Below, one piece after another: positions 48,570 to 61,657 of a stretch of 64,000 nt of DNA (within the stretch, counting starts at the first letter, position 1; each line of letters opens with the position of its first letter). The translations under genes and the position numbers were made by a program. Source of the DNA: Isurus oxyrinchus (Eukaryota); contig JANJGN010000021.1 in NCBI GenBank assembly GCA_026770705.1, positions 96,844,001 through 96,908,000 on the forward strand, in the 5' to 3' direction. The notes under the pieces were generated by a model. The model was not told the origin of the DNA. It ran no database searches and saw nothing but the letters and a program-made list of their open reading frames with translations.

Positions 48570-51500
48570 CCTGTCTGTCCATTTGACTGGTCTGTGACCC
48601 CCTGAAATCTGTTGCAATCCTCTCTCTGATTACTACATTTGCAAGATTTGTACCATCTGCAACTTTGAAATTATGCCCTGAATACCCAAGTCCAGGTCAT
48701 TAATATAGATCGAAAAAAGCAGCAGTCCTAATACCTACCCCATACCACTATATACTTCCCTCCAATCTGAAAAGCAACCATTCACCATTACCCCCCACTT
48801 TCTGTCTCTTAGCCAATTTTGTATATACACTGACACTGTCTCTTTTTCCCCACAGCTTTCAATTTCACAAGAAAGTCTATTATCAGATCCTTTTTAAAAA
48901 TCAATGTATAAAATATCAACTGCACTTCTTTCATCAAGTTTCTCAGACACAATTTGCTTTTAACAGTTCTATGCTGGCTGTCAATTTATTAACCCAAGTT
49001 TTTTTTTTACCGAGAGAATTAATTTTGCCTTGGATTATTAAAAAGAGAAGATCTAGGTAAGGGAAAGCAAATGATTGTGACTTCAGTTAGAATTGATGAA
49101 TAAAAAAGGACATATGAATATAATGGGAGTTGTCTACAGGCTGCCTGATAACAATTATGAAGTAACACAGAATGTTTTAATTCAGAGATTAGAGAGGCTT
49201 GCAGCAAATGAAGAGGTTTATTTTTAAATGGGGGACTTTCAATTTCACAGTAGCACAAGAGAAACACAGTAACTCATGTCAGAAAGATATTGAATATCTT
49301 CCTTCCATATAGTTCCAGGGTGTTCTAGAGCCAGCAAGAGGGAAAGGAGTACTCAATTTAGGATTGAGTAATGAACCAGATGTAGCTAATCTAACAAGAA
49401 AGGAACATATAGCTAACGGTAGTCATAATATAATCATATTTAATGTTGGTTTTGAAAAGGAGAACTTTGATAGTTACTAAGATTCTACATTGTGGTAAGA
49501 CTGGCTCTAAACGGAATGAGACAGAGAGTGACAACAGCAAACTAGTCAAAACTTTTATCAGGAAAATGTACAGATGAACTGTAGAAGTTCAGAAAATAAT
49601 GTAGCTCAATAGATATCTTGGGCTTCATAAATAGAAGCAGTGTGTACAAAAGCAGTGAAGTTCTGCTGAGTTATGCTCTTGTTAGGCCACATCTAGAGTA
49701 TTGCTTCCAAATCTGGTCATGATACTTTAGAAAGAATTTGAAGGTCCTTGAAAGTGTGCAGAGGAGATTTACCAGAATGTTTCTAGGAATGGGGTGTTTT
49801 AGTTACAACGTTAGGTTGGAAAGCCTGGGGTTATCTCCTTGGAGCAAAGGAGATTGAGGGGAATTTTGATAGAGCTGTAAAAGGTTATGGCAGGTTTAGA
49901 AAAGGTAGACCAAGGAAAATCTCTCCCCATTAGCTAATGGTAAAAGCACGAGGGGACATAGATTGAAGATTTTGGGCAAGAGATACAGGGAGGATGTGAG
50001 CAAGAACATTTTTTATGCATCTTGAGGTAATGACCTGGAACTTGCTGCCCATGAGGGCGGTGGAAGAGGAAACAGTCAATGATTTGTAAAATAAATGAGA
50101 TAGGCACTGGAAAGAAATAAACTTACAGGGCTATGGGGATCGAGCAGGTGAGTGGGACTGCCTGGATTCCTCCATGGGGAGCCAGCACTAAGTTGATGGA
50201 CCAAATAACCTTAAATTACTTTTTGACTCAAATAAATAATCTGTACATATCCCTAAGGAGCAAGAGTTCTACCTACCAAATAAAACAACCCTGGCCAGCA
50301 AAGGAGGCAAAAGATAATATAAAACTCAAGAGAAAAGCATAGTGTAGATCCGAGGGACAATAAGATAGAATAGAGAACAGCTAAGGAGACAAAAAAGTCA
50401 GCAAGAGTTGCAAAATGGAATTCAAATGGAACTTGCAGGTGACATTGAGATGTGCACAATTTTCACAATCATAATGAAAGGAAGAGGGTATTTTTGGCAA
50501 TTTAAAAAAAACAAATTGGGTAATATTATAATGAAAATAAGGAAATAGCAGATTTTTGCTAAATAATTACTTTGTCAATCTTCACAATCTAGGAAGAAGA
50601 TAATATACACCTGACAGTCCAGGGAATTAATTAGGAATCCATGACTGGAATAAACTTAATTAATGTAAAAGAAGTATACAGTGTTGGAAAATGGCACTAA
50701 AGTCTAACAAATCCCTTGAGTTTTAAAGGAAGTAGTTGGGGAAATTCCAGGTGTTTTAGCCATAATCTTCCAAAGATCTCTTGATTCAGGAATTGTCCTT
50801 ATAGTTTGGAAAATTATTAATGCAACTCCATTATTTAAAACAGACGAGAGAGAGAAACCAGGAAAATATAATCCTATTAGTCTAAGTTTGAGCTGATTGG
50901 AGAGACCCAGCTTGGATTTGTAATGCAGAGATTATGTTCCTTCACTGTCACTGGGTCAAAATCCTGGAACTTGATCACTAACAGCACTGTGGGTGTACCT
51001 ACATTACATGGACTGCAGCATTTCAGGAAGACAGCTCACCATTAACTTCTCAAGGGCAATTAGCCAGCAATAATGCTGATCTAGCCAGCGGCACCCACAT
51101 CCCATGAATGAATAAAAAAAATGATATCCAATGAACCTAATTGAACTTTTTAAGGAATTAACCGAATTAGTAAACAGGAGAATGCCATGGATGTAGTTTC
51201 TATGAATTTCCAGAAGGCCTTCAATAAGGTTTTGCATAAGAGACTGATTAAACCTCATGAAAAGGCATATTATTGGCCATTTTTGGAGACTGGTTAGGGA
51301 GTAGAAGACAGAGAGTAGGAATAAAGGATATACTCAAAGTAGAAGAAAATGACTAGTGGGTCTCACAAGGATCTGTGATGGGGCCTCAACTATTCACCTT
51401 ATTTATTAGTAGCTTAGATAACACAATTGAGAGCCACATATCCATCTTTGCTCAGGACACAAACATTGGTGGCAGTGTAAGTGGTGTAGATGGGAGCATA

Positions 51501-51985
51501 ACATTTGGAAAAAAAGACATTGAGAGAAAGTGGGTGTGGTTGATGGATTTCAATACATGGATATGTAAAGCCATCCATTTTGGACCAACTTGGTAGATAG
51601 GAGTAATTTTTACATCATGAATAACCTTGATTAGGTCACATCCAGAGTGCTGTGTACAATTCTGAGCACCACACCTTCAGAAAGGATAGATCAGCCTTGG
51701 AAGGACTGCAGCACAGATTCACCAGGATGTTACCAGGGCTCCAAGGTTTAGATTATGAGGAGAGAGTAAACAGACTAGGCTTGCATTACATGGAACTTAG
51801 ATAGTTAAGAGGTGATTGATTGAGGTTTTTAGGATTTGGAAAGGTATTGAAGGCATAGAAAAAGAGAAATTTTTTAACTGATGGGGAAACTCTAGGACCA
51901 AGAGCCATCACTTTCAAATCAGAACCTGATCGTCCAAAAACAGTTAGGAAACACTTCTTCACACAAAGCATGGTAGAAATAAAAC
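48570..51985. mobile_element. mosaic of old CR1 fragments (mostly +)
   Basis: GDFN/F, GPQLFTLFISSLD...FAQDT and CR1 tail motifs. Confidence 0.65.
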
Positions 51986-51989
51986 ATTA

Positions 51990-54900
51990 AAATAAAAAAA
52001 AGATATAAAATAATTAAAATAAATTCCTAAAACACATACCTGTGTAATTAAGTAACGTAAAACTTTTAGTTGTATCTGTGGGTGGTATTAGCATTAAATA
52101 AACACAGTAAATTGTAGTATATATAGGAATTCTGTAAATTAATCAAGAAAATAATTAAAATAAATTAGTAAATTAAAATAAATTGGAAAACAAATACTTT
52201 GTGGGATGTGGGAGGTCGTACATGCACAAAGTGCCCTCGATGACTACATCTGCAAGAATTGTCATCAGCTACAGAAACTTATGGTCTGAGTTGCGGAGCT
52301 TGAGCGGTGGCTGGAGTCACTGTGTTGTATCTGCAAGGCTGAGGATTACATGGATAGCACATTTAGAAAGGTGGTCACACCAGAGCTAAGACGTACACAG
52401 ACAGAGAGGGAATTGGTGACTGCCAGAATATCTAAGAGAAACAGGCAGGTAGTGCAGGAATCCTCTGAAGCTATCTCACCCTCTAACTGTTTTTCCATTT
52501 TGGATACTGGCAAGCAAAATGGTTCCTCAGAGGAATGTGCAAGAGCCAAGTCTGTGGTACCACAGGTGTCTCAGCTGCACAGGAGGGGAGGAAGAAGAGT
52601 GGAAGTTCCAAAGTAGCAGGGGATTCCATAATTAGGGGAACAGACAGGCGTTTCTGTGGATGTAGACATGGTTCCATGATGGTCTGTTGCTTCCCTGGTG
52701 CAAGAGTGAAGGATGTCACAGAGCGGCTGCAGGACATTCTTTTGGGGGAAGGTGAACAGGCAGAGGTCATGGTCCACACTGGGACCAATGACATAGGTAG
52801 GAAAAGGGATAAGATCTTGAAAGCAGATTATAGGGAGTTAGGAAGGGAATTAAAAAGCAGGATGTCAAGACCAGTAATCTCAGGATTATTCCCAGTGCTA
52901 AGTGCCAGTGAGCATAACAATAGGAAGGTTCAATATGTGGCTGGAGAAATGGAATAGGAGGGAGGGCTTTAGATTTCTGAGGCATTGGGACAAATTCTGG
53001 GGCAAGTGAGACCTGTACAAGAAGGACGGGTTACACCTTAGCAGGACTGGGACTAGTATCCTCGTGGGAAGGTTTGCTAGTGCTGTTGGGGAAGGGTTAA
53101 ACTAGATTGGCAGGGGGATGTGAACCTGAGGGAAAATTCAGAGTGCAGAAGAGAGAAACTGACAGTGGGAAGTAGTGAAGTATCAACCGATAATGAAGAT
53201 ATATCAGAGAGTAGTATCAAGGTGGATAGAATTCAAGGAGAGTTTGATCGAATTAGTATAGGCAATAGTAAGATGTTAAGTGGGGTCAGAATAAGGGGGG
53301 AAGGTAAAGAGCCTAAATAAGGGCTAATGTGCATGTATGTGAATGCACAGAGTGTGGTTAATAACATTGGTGAATTGCAGGCACAGGTTAACAAAAGCAA
53401 TTGTGATATTATTGTCATAATATCCAGGCTCAAAGAAGGGCAAGACTGGGCATTAAATATTCCTGGGTACAAGGTGTTTAGGAGAGACAGGAAAGGAAGA
53501 AAAGGGGGGAGAGGGCTGAGTGGCAGTGTTGATTAAAGATGGCATTACAGTACTGGAGAAAGAGGATATTCCAGTGGGATTAAGGATGGAATCTCTCTGG
53601 CTAGAGGTAAGGAATGAAAAGGGCGCAATAACATTTGTTTGTGTAGTATATGTACCACCAACTTGTCGAAGGAATGCAGAGAAACAAATTTGCAAATAAA
53701 TTACAGAGAGGTGCAAGAATTATAGAGTAATCAAATAGGGGACTTCAATTATCCAAATATAGACTGGGATAGGAATAGTACAAAGGGACAAGAGGGGAGG
53801 GAGATCTTGGAGAATGTTCAAGATAATTTCCTGCAGAAGTTTGTTTCCAGTCGAATGAGAGGATATGTACTTTTGAACCTGATTCTGGGGAATGAGTTGG
53901 CCCAAGTGGATCAAATATCAGTGGGAGAGCCTCTAGGGGACCGTGACCATTGTATCATAAGGTTTAAGTTAATCATAGAAAAGGACAGGGTGCAATCCAG
54001 AACAGGGATAATTAACTGGGATGAGAATGCATCCCAGTTGAGTGAGCTGGAATCAAATGATGATAGAAAAGATGGTGGCTGAACAATAGGCTACCTTCAA
54101 TGAAAAAGTATTTCAGGCACTGTCAAGGTACATTCCCTTGAAGGGGAAAAACAGGACAAATAAATCCAGAGCACCCTGGTTGATGGGAGGGATAGCGGTA
54201 AAGATGAAAAGGAAGAAGTGCACGTGTGTTAGGTGGAAAAAACAATGGAAAATCAGGCTGAATATAGAAGGATCGGGGCGGGGGGTGGGGGGGTTGTGGT
54301 TGCTTGGGGTGTGGGGGGGGGGGGGTGGTGAGTGAAGAAACTAATAAGAAAAGCAAGGAGAGAGCATGAAAAGAGACTGGCAGCAAACATAAAAGGGAAT
54401 CTCAAGGTCTTCTATCAGCATGTAAATAATACAAAGGTGGTAAAAGAAAGAGTAGGGCCGATTAGGGACAAAAAGAGGGATTTGCATGTGGAGGCTGGAG
54501 AAATAGCGGAGGTGTTGAACAAGTACTTTGTATCTGTCTTTACAAAGGAAGAATATGCTACTCAGGCTGAGGTGATGGAGGTGGTAACTGGTACACTAGA
54601 CAAACTTATAATTGAGAGGAAGGAGATGTTAGAAATGCTATCTTTACTTAAAATAGGTAATGTATCAGGACCAGATGAGATGCATCCAAGGATACTGAGG
54701 GAAGTGGGAGTGAAAATTACAGAGGCACTAGTGATAATCTTTCAGTCTTCCTTAGACACAGGGGTGGTGTCAGAGGACTGGAGAATTGCGAACGTTACAC
54801 CCTTGTCCAAAAAGGGGTGCAAGGATACATCCGGCAACAACAGACCAATCAGTTTGTCCTCAGTGGTAGGGAAACCTCTGGAAACTATAGTACAGGATAA

Positions 54901-56335
54901 AATCAATAGTCACTTAGACAATTGCAGGATAGCCAGCATGGATTCATTAAGGGAAAATCATGTTTAACTAACTTGCTGGAATATTTTGAGGAGATAACAA
55001 GATGATAAGGGAAACTCTGTTGATGTTTAAAAGGCATTTGATACAGTGCCACACAACAGACTTCTGAGCAAAAGGGAAAGTAGGCACTTGGGTAAGAAAT
55101 TGGCTGAGTGACAGGAAACAGAAAGTAATGATAAATGGTTGTTTTTCAGATTTAGAGGAAGGATTGTAGTGGAGTTCCTCAGGGGTCAGTGTTGGGACCC
55201 TTGCTCTTCCTGATATATATGTTAATGGCCTGGACCGTGGTGTGCAGGGCATGATTTCAAAATTTGCAGATGATACGAAGATTGGAAACATCAACAATGA
55301 TGGGGATAGTCTTGAACTTCAAAAGGACATAGACATGTTGGTGGATTGGGCAGACAAGTGGCAGATGAAGTTCAATGCAGAGAAGTGTGAGGTGATTCAT
55401 TTTGACAGTACAAATATGGTGAGACAGTATAAAATAAAGGGAGAGCTTCTAAAGGAGGTGCAGGAACAGAGGGAACCTGGTGTGTACATATATAGGTCAT
55501 TGAAGATGGCAGGGCATGTTGAGAGAGCAGTTAATAAAGCATATAGTAACTTAGGCTTTATTAATAGGGGCATTGAGTACAAGAGTAAGAAGGTCATGTT
55601 GAACTTGTATAAGACACTAGTTAGGCCTCATCTGGAGTACGGCGCCCAGTTCTGGGCACTATACTTGAAGAAGGATGTGAAGGCATTGGACAGAGTAGAG
55701 GAGATTCACAAGGATGTTTCCAGAGATAAATAACTGCAGCTATGAGGATAGATTGAAGAGATTGGGTCTCTTTTCCATGGAGAAAAGAAGGCTGAGAGAA
55801 ATCTTGATAGAGGTATTCAAGATCCAGAGGTGTACGGACAGGATAAATAGTGAGAAACTATTTTCACTCAAGAGAATATCAAGAACTAGAGGGCGCAGAT
55901 TCAAAATAATTGGCAACAGGAGTAAATGTGATGTGAGGATTTTTTTCACCCTGAGGCTCTTTGGAGTCTGGAACAAACTTCCTGAAAAGGTGGTGGAGGC
56001 AGATTTGATCGAAGTATTCTAAAGGATAAAAGCAAAATACTACAGATGCTGGAAATCTGAAATAAAAATAGAAAATGTTGGAAAAACTCAGCAGTTCTGA
56101 CAGCATCTGTGGAAACAAGAACAGAGTGAATGTTTTGAGTTTGTATGTGTCTGTATGATCCTTCTTCAGACCCATTTCTATTCAAAATGAGTTTGGACTG
56201 CTACCTGAAAAGAAGGAATGTGCAAGGTCATGGGGATAAGGCAGGGGTGTGGGACTAGGCAGAATGCTCTTTCAGAGAGCCAGTGCAGACTCAGTAGGCT
56301 GAATGGTCTCCTTCTGCACTGTAAAGACACAGTGA
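51990..56335 (+). mobile_element. full-length decayed CR1 LINE (ORF1 esterase, ORF2), with a Penelope-like tail nested at ~56020-56175
   Basis: VAGDSIIRG...HTGTNDIGR esterase motifs, CMYVNAQSVVN, ORF 54332-54967, ISKFADDTK, and a CR1 3' tail. Confidence 0.85.
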
Positions 56336-56629
56336 AGTACAGGATTCTCCCACTAAAAGCAATACATGCTTTCTCAATTCATTTTGAATCCGAGGTCGAT
56401 ACATTTTTTGGCAGCTAAGGAAATTAAGGGATATGGAGTTAAGGTATAGATCACATGATCTAAATGAATAGTGAAACAAACTCAAGGAATGGAAAGGCTT
56501 TGTGGTTCCTTTTACATGTCTTGTTCATTTTTTCCCTTTATCCCATATTTTTCTTATCCTTTTACATAACCTGAAAGCTGATATTACTACAATCACTGTT
56601 TCCCAAAATGTTCCCCCACTGAAACGTGC

Positions 56630-57620
56630 TGCACTTTTTCTTTACTCTTTCATGGTGTGTAGATGTGACTGACAAGGCCAGCATTTGTTGTTCATCCTTA
56701 AACGCTATGAGAAGCTGGTAGTAAGCCATCTTCTTGAAGCACTGCATGTACACCCACAGTACTGCAAGGGATGTATTCCCAGGTTTTTGACCCAACAACA
56801 TTGAAGGAGCGGTGATGTGCTTTCAAGTCACAATGCTTTGTAAATTAGAAGTGCAATTGAAAGTGGTGGTTTTTTGGAGGAGGTAAGGTTTATGGGTTTG
56901 GAAGGTGCTTTCGAAGGAGACTTACTGAGTTGCTGCAGTGCATCTTGTATATGGTACACATTGTTGCCACTGTGTATTGATGGTGGAGAAAGTGAATGTT
57001 TAAGGTGATGGATGGGATGTTGATCAAGCAGGCTGCTTTGTCCTGGATGGTGTGAAGCTTCTTGAGTGTTGTTGGAGCTGCACCTCGAGGCAAGTGGAGA
57101 ATATTGCATCACACTCCTGACTTGTTCCTTAGAGAAGGTGGACGTACTCTGAGTCAGGAAGTGAGTTGCTTCCTGCAGAATTCTCAACCTTTGACCTGTC
57201 CTTGTAGCCACAGTATTTATATGGCTGTTCCAGTTAAGTTTCTGGTCAGTGGTAACCCCCCAGGATGTTGATTCTGGGGGATTCATCAATGATAATCCCA
57301 TTGAACATCAAAGGGAGATGATTAGATTCTGTATCATTGGAGATCAACACTGCCTTGCACTTTTATGGCATGGCTTTTACTTGTCGTTTACAAGCCCAAG
57401 CCTGAATGTTGTCCAGACCTCATTGCATGTGGACACAGACTGCTTCAATTTCTGAGAAGTCATGAAGCGTATTGAATGTTATGCAATTATCAGTGAGAAT
57501 CCCTAGTTCCAACCTTATGCTAGAGGAATGGTCATTGATTGAGCAGCTAATGATGGTTGCAGCTAGGTCACTACACTGCAGTGAAATACTAGGGCTAAGA
57601 TAATTGCCCCCCCAAAATCA
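56630..57620 (-). mobile_element. CR1-clade LINE 3' part
   Basis: GAAPTTLKKLHTIQDKAACLI...TIYKMHCSNS motif. Confidence 0.7.
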
Positions 57621-58174
57621 CAACCATCCTGTAATGCCTCTGTGAAGTGCCTCAAGATGTTTTATAATGTTAAAGATGCCATTATTTCCATTAAATACAC
57701 TAGGCACTGAAATGACTCCTCTATAGTTCCCTAACTCTATCCAATTAGATCCTTCCTTTGAGTTCTCAAACGCATCGTTTCTTTCCAGTGCAGTAACAGT
57801 ACCTTTGATCAATACTGTCACTCCCTCTTTCCTTTCCTCCTACCCCCATCATTCTCATTCCATGAGCCTATTCTGAAACTAGTGTGAGATTAATCACTTG
57901 CATAGATAACCAGAAATGACTTGGGAAAGAAGCATATCTGCATAAAAGCAATAACCTGAATATATTTAGCTTCTTTGATGTAGATACAAAGTGCTTCAGA
58001 GGAGTGTAATCGAAGGTACACTGAACCTTTCTAACCTAAAACATTCTCTGATCAGATAGTCCATCACATCACAGACTCTGATTGAATGCAACCTCAGGCA
58101 TGGCTTTGGTACAGTTGTTCCTGAATGATCAGCCACTGTGGGTATTCATTGATCTCCTCCTCATTCCCCCACAG

Positions 58175-58297
58175 ATGGGACCTTCCAAGTACCTCCAGGA
58201 TCTCCAGAGGGAATGAATCACAAGTTGATTGTTGGAACTTTTGCTGTCATGGTTCTGATTGGTCTTGTCATCAGTGCGGTTGTGTGGTAGAGGAGAG
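58175..58297 (+). pseudogene. MHC-I exon 5, connecting peptide and transmembrane segment
   Basis: DGTFQVPPGSPEGMNHKLIVGTFAVMVLIGLVISAVVW*RR. Splice sites ccacag| and |gtaaga. Confidence 0.85.
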
Positions 58298-58728
58298 GTA
58301 AGAAAGGAGGACAGAGTCTGCACTCTTGGAAATGAGCATCTTCAAATGTTAAAGCACAAATGTCAGAATGTTAGCGACTTCCCCTAGACATGTGGGAAAC
58401 TGACACACTGTCCAGTAATGTGCAGGGACTGAGGGGCCTGGGCCGTAGAAGGAGTCGGGGGATCGAAGAGCCATAAGGGAAGTGAGGGGACCAGGGAACT
58501 GTATAGGAAGTGAAGGGACATGGGACCCATAAGGAAAGTGAAGGGACTGGGTACCTGGATGGGGAGTGAGAGGAAGGAGCAAAGGGAGAATATTGTCTGA
58601 TGCCTTTGTCTTAGTTGAGCAACATGAGTCTCTGTGAGTGAGCTCAGGTAAATCTGGTCATTCCCCTTGTGAGTGTACAGTAGGTTTGTGGGGGTTTGAT
58701 GGGGAAGTTCTGTTTCTGTCTCTTGTAG

Positions 58729-58764
58729 GAGGAGAGCAAAAATCCGGGTACAGCCCAGCAAAAC
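58729..58764 (+). pseudogene. MHC-I exon 6, cytoplasmic (GGEQKSGYSPAK)
   Basis: 36-nt exon carrying the conserved class I GYxxA tyrosine motif. Splice sites ttgtag| and |gtaagt. Confidence 0.85.
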
Positions 58765-58922
58765 GTAAGTGTTCAGATCATACCAGGGTGGGTCATGTGT
58801 CTGTGTGTGGGATCTCTATACCCTTCTATGTCTGTGCCTTTGTATCTATCTTTCTCTGTCTGTGTAAGAAGGGTTGTAATGTTGTACAATGTCTGTGTGA
58901 CAGAAATCTGACCTTTCCACAG

Positions 58923-58969
58923 CTGCTGAAGGAGGAGAATCATCATCAAACTCATCAGCCCCAGCTTGA
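58923..58969 (+). pseudogene. MHC-I exon 7, cytoplasmic (PAEGGESSSNSSAPA*)
   Basis: Acceptor ttccacag|, Ser-rich class I tail, TGA at 58967-58969. Confidence 0.8.
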
Positions 58970-59265
58970 GGCTCAGCCTTACTCACTATTGTTTAACAGC
59001 TGCTAAACTGACACCAAACTAGATTATAAACAGCAGTAACTCTGGGCTCAGGCTATCTGTAGGAACAAGACTGATTTCATCACTGGCTCATTGCAGTTTC
59101 ACTTGACATTTGAATGGATTTCCCACTCAGGGAAAATGAGGTCCATGACCCAGTCTGTAAAAGACACAAGCTGCAGTGAGGAATTGATTAACTCTGACAG
59201 GTTGGTGTTGTAGAGGTGGAAACAGGCAGTCAAGAAGGATCAAATAAAATGACTGATGGGAAACA

Positions 59266-59566
59266 GTGCTGAGAGATGCTCTAAAACTTGGGGCAGCTGC
59301 TGCAAAGGTTCAGTGGAAAAAGACCACAGTCTTGGCCTTTCACATCATAGCGCACTAGGTGCTGGAACCTGTGTAAACCTCCAGTGCCGTATACACAAGA
59401 GAATATTTGAAATTAACTGTATATGTAAATTATAAGTGTAACTAATTATTATAAGTTTATTGAGACTCCTCAGATTGCCATGTACTGCACTGAAATAAAT
59501 CGAAATGTATTGCATATTATAAAATGTAATGCATCTTTACAAATTTTATGAATAAATTATATTTTA
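59266..59566 (+). mobile_element. L1-Tx1 3' end fragment
   Basis: VLRDALKLGAAAAKVQWKKTTV and a ttttatgaataaa tail, homologous to 35340-35640. Confidence 0.7.
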
Positions 59567-59989
59567 GCCACAAGATGGGAAACTTGTGATGTGTGTGATC
59601 ACATCAGAACATCAGGATTTACTGGATTCAAGGGAAGATGAAATCACTTTCATGCAATCATTTAATCTCCCGACTATAAAGAAAATCAGATCAAAATCTC
59701 CATCTCCAACCTCTTTGGCTCTTTAATGTCTTGCGAGGCAACTGTCCAGGAGACAAAGATATCATGGAACACAAGGTAAAGGGAAAAGTAATGATTGTAT
59801 ACGATGAAAGCTTTGGAACCGACTAGGTGCTAATAACAGAATCAAACTGAGCAATGTTTGAAAATGTGTTGAGCAGAAAAGGTTGAGCACTGTCTGAAAG
59901 CACAAACATGAGAATAAGATACACACTGCAGAGTTTTTTTTTCCAGTATTTTCAGTTTTTATTACAGGAGCAATGGAAAAGCAGAACAT

Positions 59990-60325
59990 AATTCCGATTA
60001 AGAGAGGCTACAAAATGCTGTGGGAGAGAGGGATGTGGCTTTCCTCGTACATCTGTCACAGAAAGTGAGCATGCAGGTAAAACAAATAATTTGGGAGGAA
60101 TATGGAAAGTTGGCCCATATTCCAAAGAGGATGCAGTATAAAAGTGAGGAAGTCATGCTACACTTGTACAGGGTTCTACTTATTTAAAGAAGAACAAACT
60201 GGCATTGAAGGCAGCTCTGCAAAGATACATGAGTAGATTCCTGGAATGAATAAGTTGCCTTATGAGGAAAGGTTGAGCTGATTGGGCCTGTACTCATTGC
60301 GTGGAGAGGAATGAGAGGTGATTGT
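59990..60325 (+). mobile_element. old CR1 fragment
   Basis: MQYKSEEVMLHLYRV and YEERLS motifs. Confidence 0.6.
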
Positions 60326-60355
60326 AACTAGGGGACAGATCAGTAGTTGCGTGGC

Positions 60356-60427
60356 GCCGTGATCGTTCAGTGGTTAGTACTGTGCGTTGTGGCCGCAGCA
60401 ACCTCCGTTTAAATCTGCATGACGGCA
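60356..60427 (+). pseudogene. tRNA-His(GTG) pseudogene
   Basis: GCCGTGATCGTTCAGTGGTTAGTACTGTGCGTTGTGGCCGCAGCAACCTCCGTTTAAATCTGCATGACGGCA. The B-box/T-arm is destroyed. Confidence 0.85.
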
Positions 60428-60699
60428 AAGGTTATTTAAAATATTTTCGTGTGCCATTTCCACAATGAAGGGATTGAAGAATTAAATGTTTGCCAGTGTA
60501 AATATTTATTATTTGCCCCTAAACTAAGCGCATGCACATTTCCGTGCTTAAAGCTACAGAATTCAAACCCGCAACTTTAAAAACGGAATCTGCTGGAAAC
60601 AACAGACTCAAAACTAATTGAATTTGAAGTGAAACAGTAAAATATTTTAACCGGTAAAACTGTGGAATACATTAACACGAAACAGCGGCTATTGTTGAT

Positions 60700-60910
60700 T
60701 TGGATTACAAAGACTCAAATTCCACTCTAGCATTTCAGTATAAAAATCAAGGCTGCGATGCAGGGCAGTGCTAACTGAGTGTGCGGTCTTTCAGTCGACA
60801 CGTCAAACTGTCGACAATGATCCCAGCACTTTATTCAAGAAAAGCGGCAGAGCTCATTCCAGACCATAACTCGCTGAGTAAAAACTGGAACCTGGTCAGC
60901 TCATCTTCTC
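60700..60910 (+). mobile_element. degenerate Deu-domain-type SINE
   Basis: aaaaatcaaggctg...gtctttcagtcgacacgtcaaac...gatcccagcacttta resembles the recalled shark DeuSINE core. Confidence 0.4.
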
Positions 60911-61583
60911 GTTTTGGTTTTATTTTTTTTTTACCGTTATCTGAAATCGAGTTCCCTATTTCTGTCAGTGAAAACAGTCTCTCCCTACTTGCTCTGCCAG
61001 CTTCTCCACCTATTCCCCTGTATAAGAATGACCACCTCCATCAAATCTCCGCTTAACCTTCTTTATCCTAAAGAGAATAATCCCGGTCTTTATAGTCTCG
61101 CCGCAGAACTGAATTTCACATCCCTGGGCATGGGGCAAGGCGGAAGCCTGCGTAAAGGTTTAGAAAATATTGCCAGTTGGGAGTGGGGAAAAATGGAAAC
61201 GGAACAACACAGAAAACCCGGACTCCAGCTTTGTGAACCTTGAGAAAGGATTATCAAAACGGAATCAGAGGAAAATGAAGGACGAACAACCCGAACGATC
61301 AGAGACAGTCAAATCGACATTCCCTCCATTAAGACGTTGAAACATTTAACCTGAACTGATTGGTGAAATTAAATTATATTTTAATCGACAGGATCGCTGT
61401 TGTTGCTCATCAGGAAATAAAGCCGAATATTGGTTTCAGGAAATATTTGGAAACAGAAAACGCAATGAAAGGCTCGGATATAAAACGCTAGAGGAGAATT
61501 ATTCGTGGTGACTGAGATCAGACCATTTCCACGTAGTCTCTATAAATGTTCCATATTTTATCTTACGTTGGCTAGTTAGTAGA

Positions 61584-61589
61584 GTCTCT

Positions 61590-61623
<34 letters not shown>

Positions 61624-61657
61624 TGAAAGGTTGGTGGTTCAAGCCCACCCAGGGACG
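61584..61657 (+). tRNA. tRNA-Asn(GTT), probably functional
   Basis: 74 nt matching canonical vertebrate tRNA-Asn except a G:U pair in the anticodon stem and a TTCAAG T-loop. TTTT follows at 61665-61668. Confidence 0.9.

Larger units (their letters stand above)
30512..58969 (+). pseudogene. MHC class I heavy-chain pseudogene, 7 exons (classical UAA-like shark lineage)
   Basis: Exons 30512-30560, 39818-40078, 47666-47938, 48165-48440, 58175-58297, 58729-58764 and 58923-58969. All introns are phase 1; total 1065 nt = 354 codons plus stop. Stops at 39958, 40012 and 58288; alpha3 acceptor is AA. Confidence 0.92.

Noticed and set aside
61546-61560. GTTCCATATTTT identical to the U6 3' end
   Set aside because: Only 12 nt, with no upstream U6 sequence.
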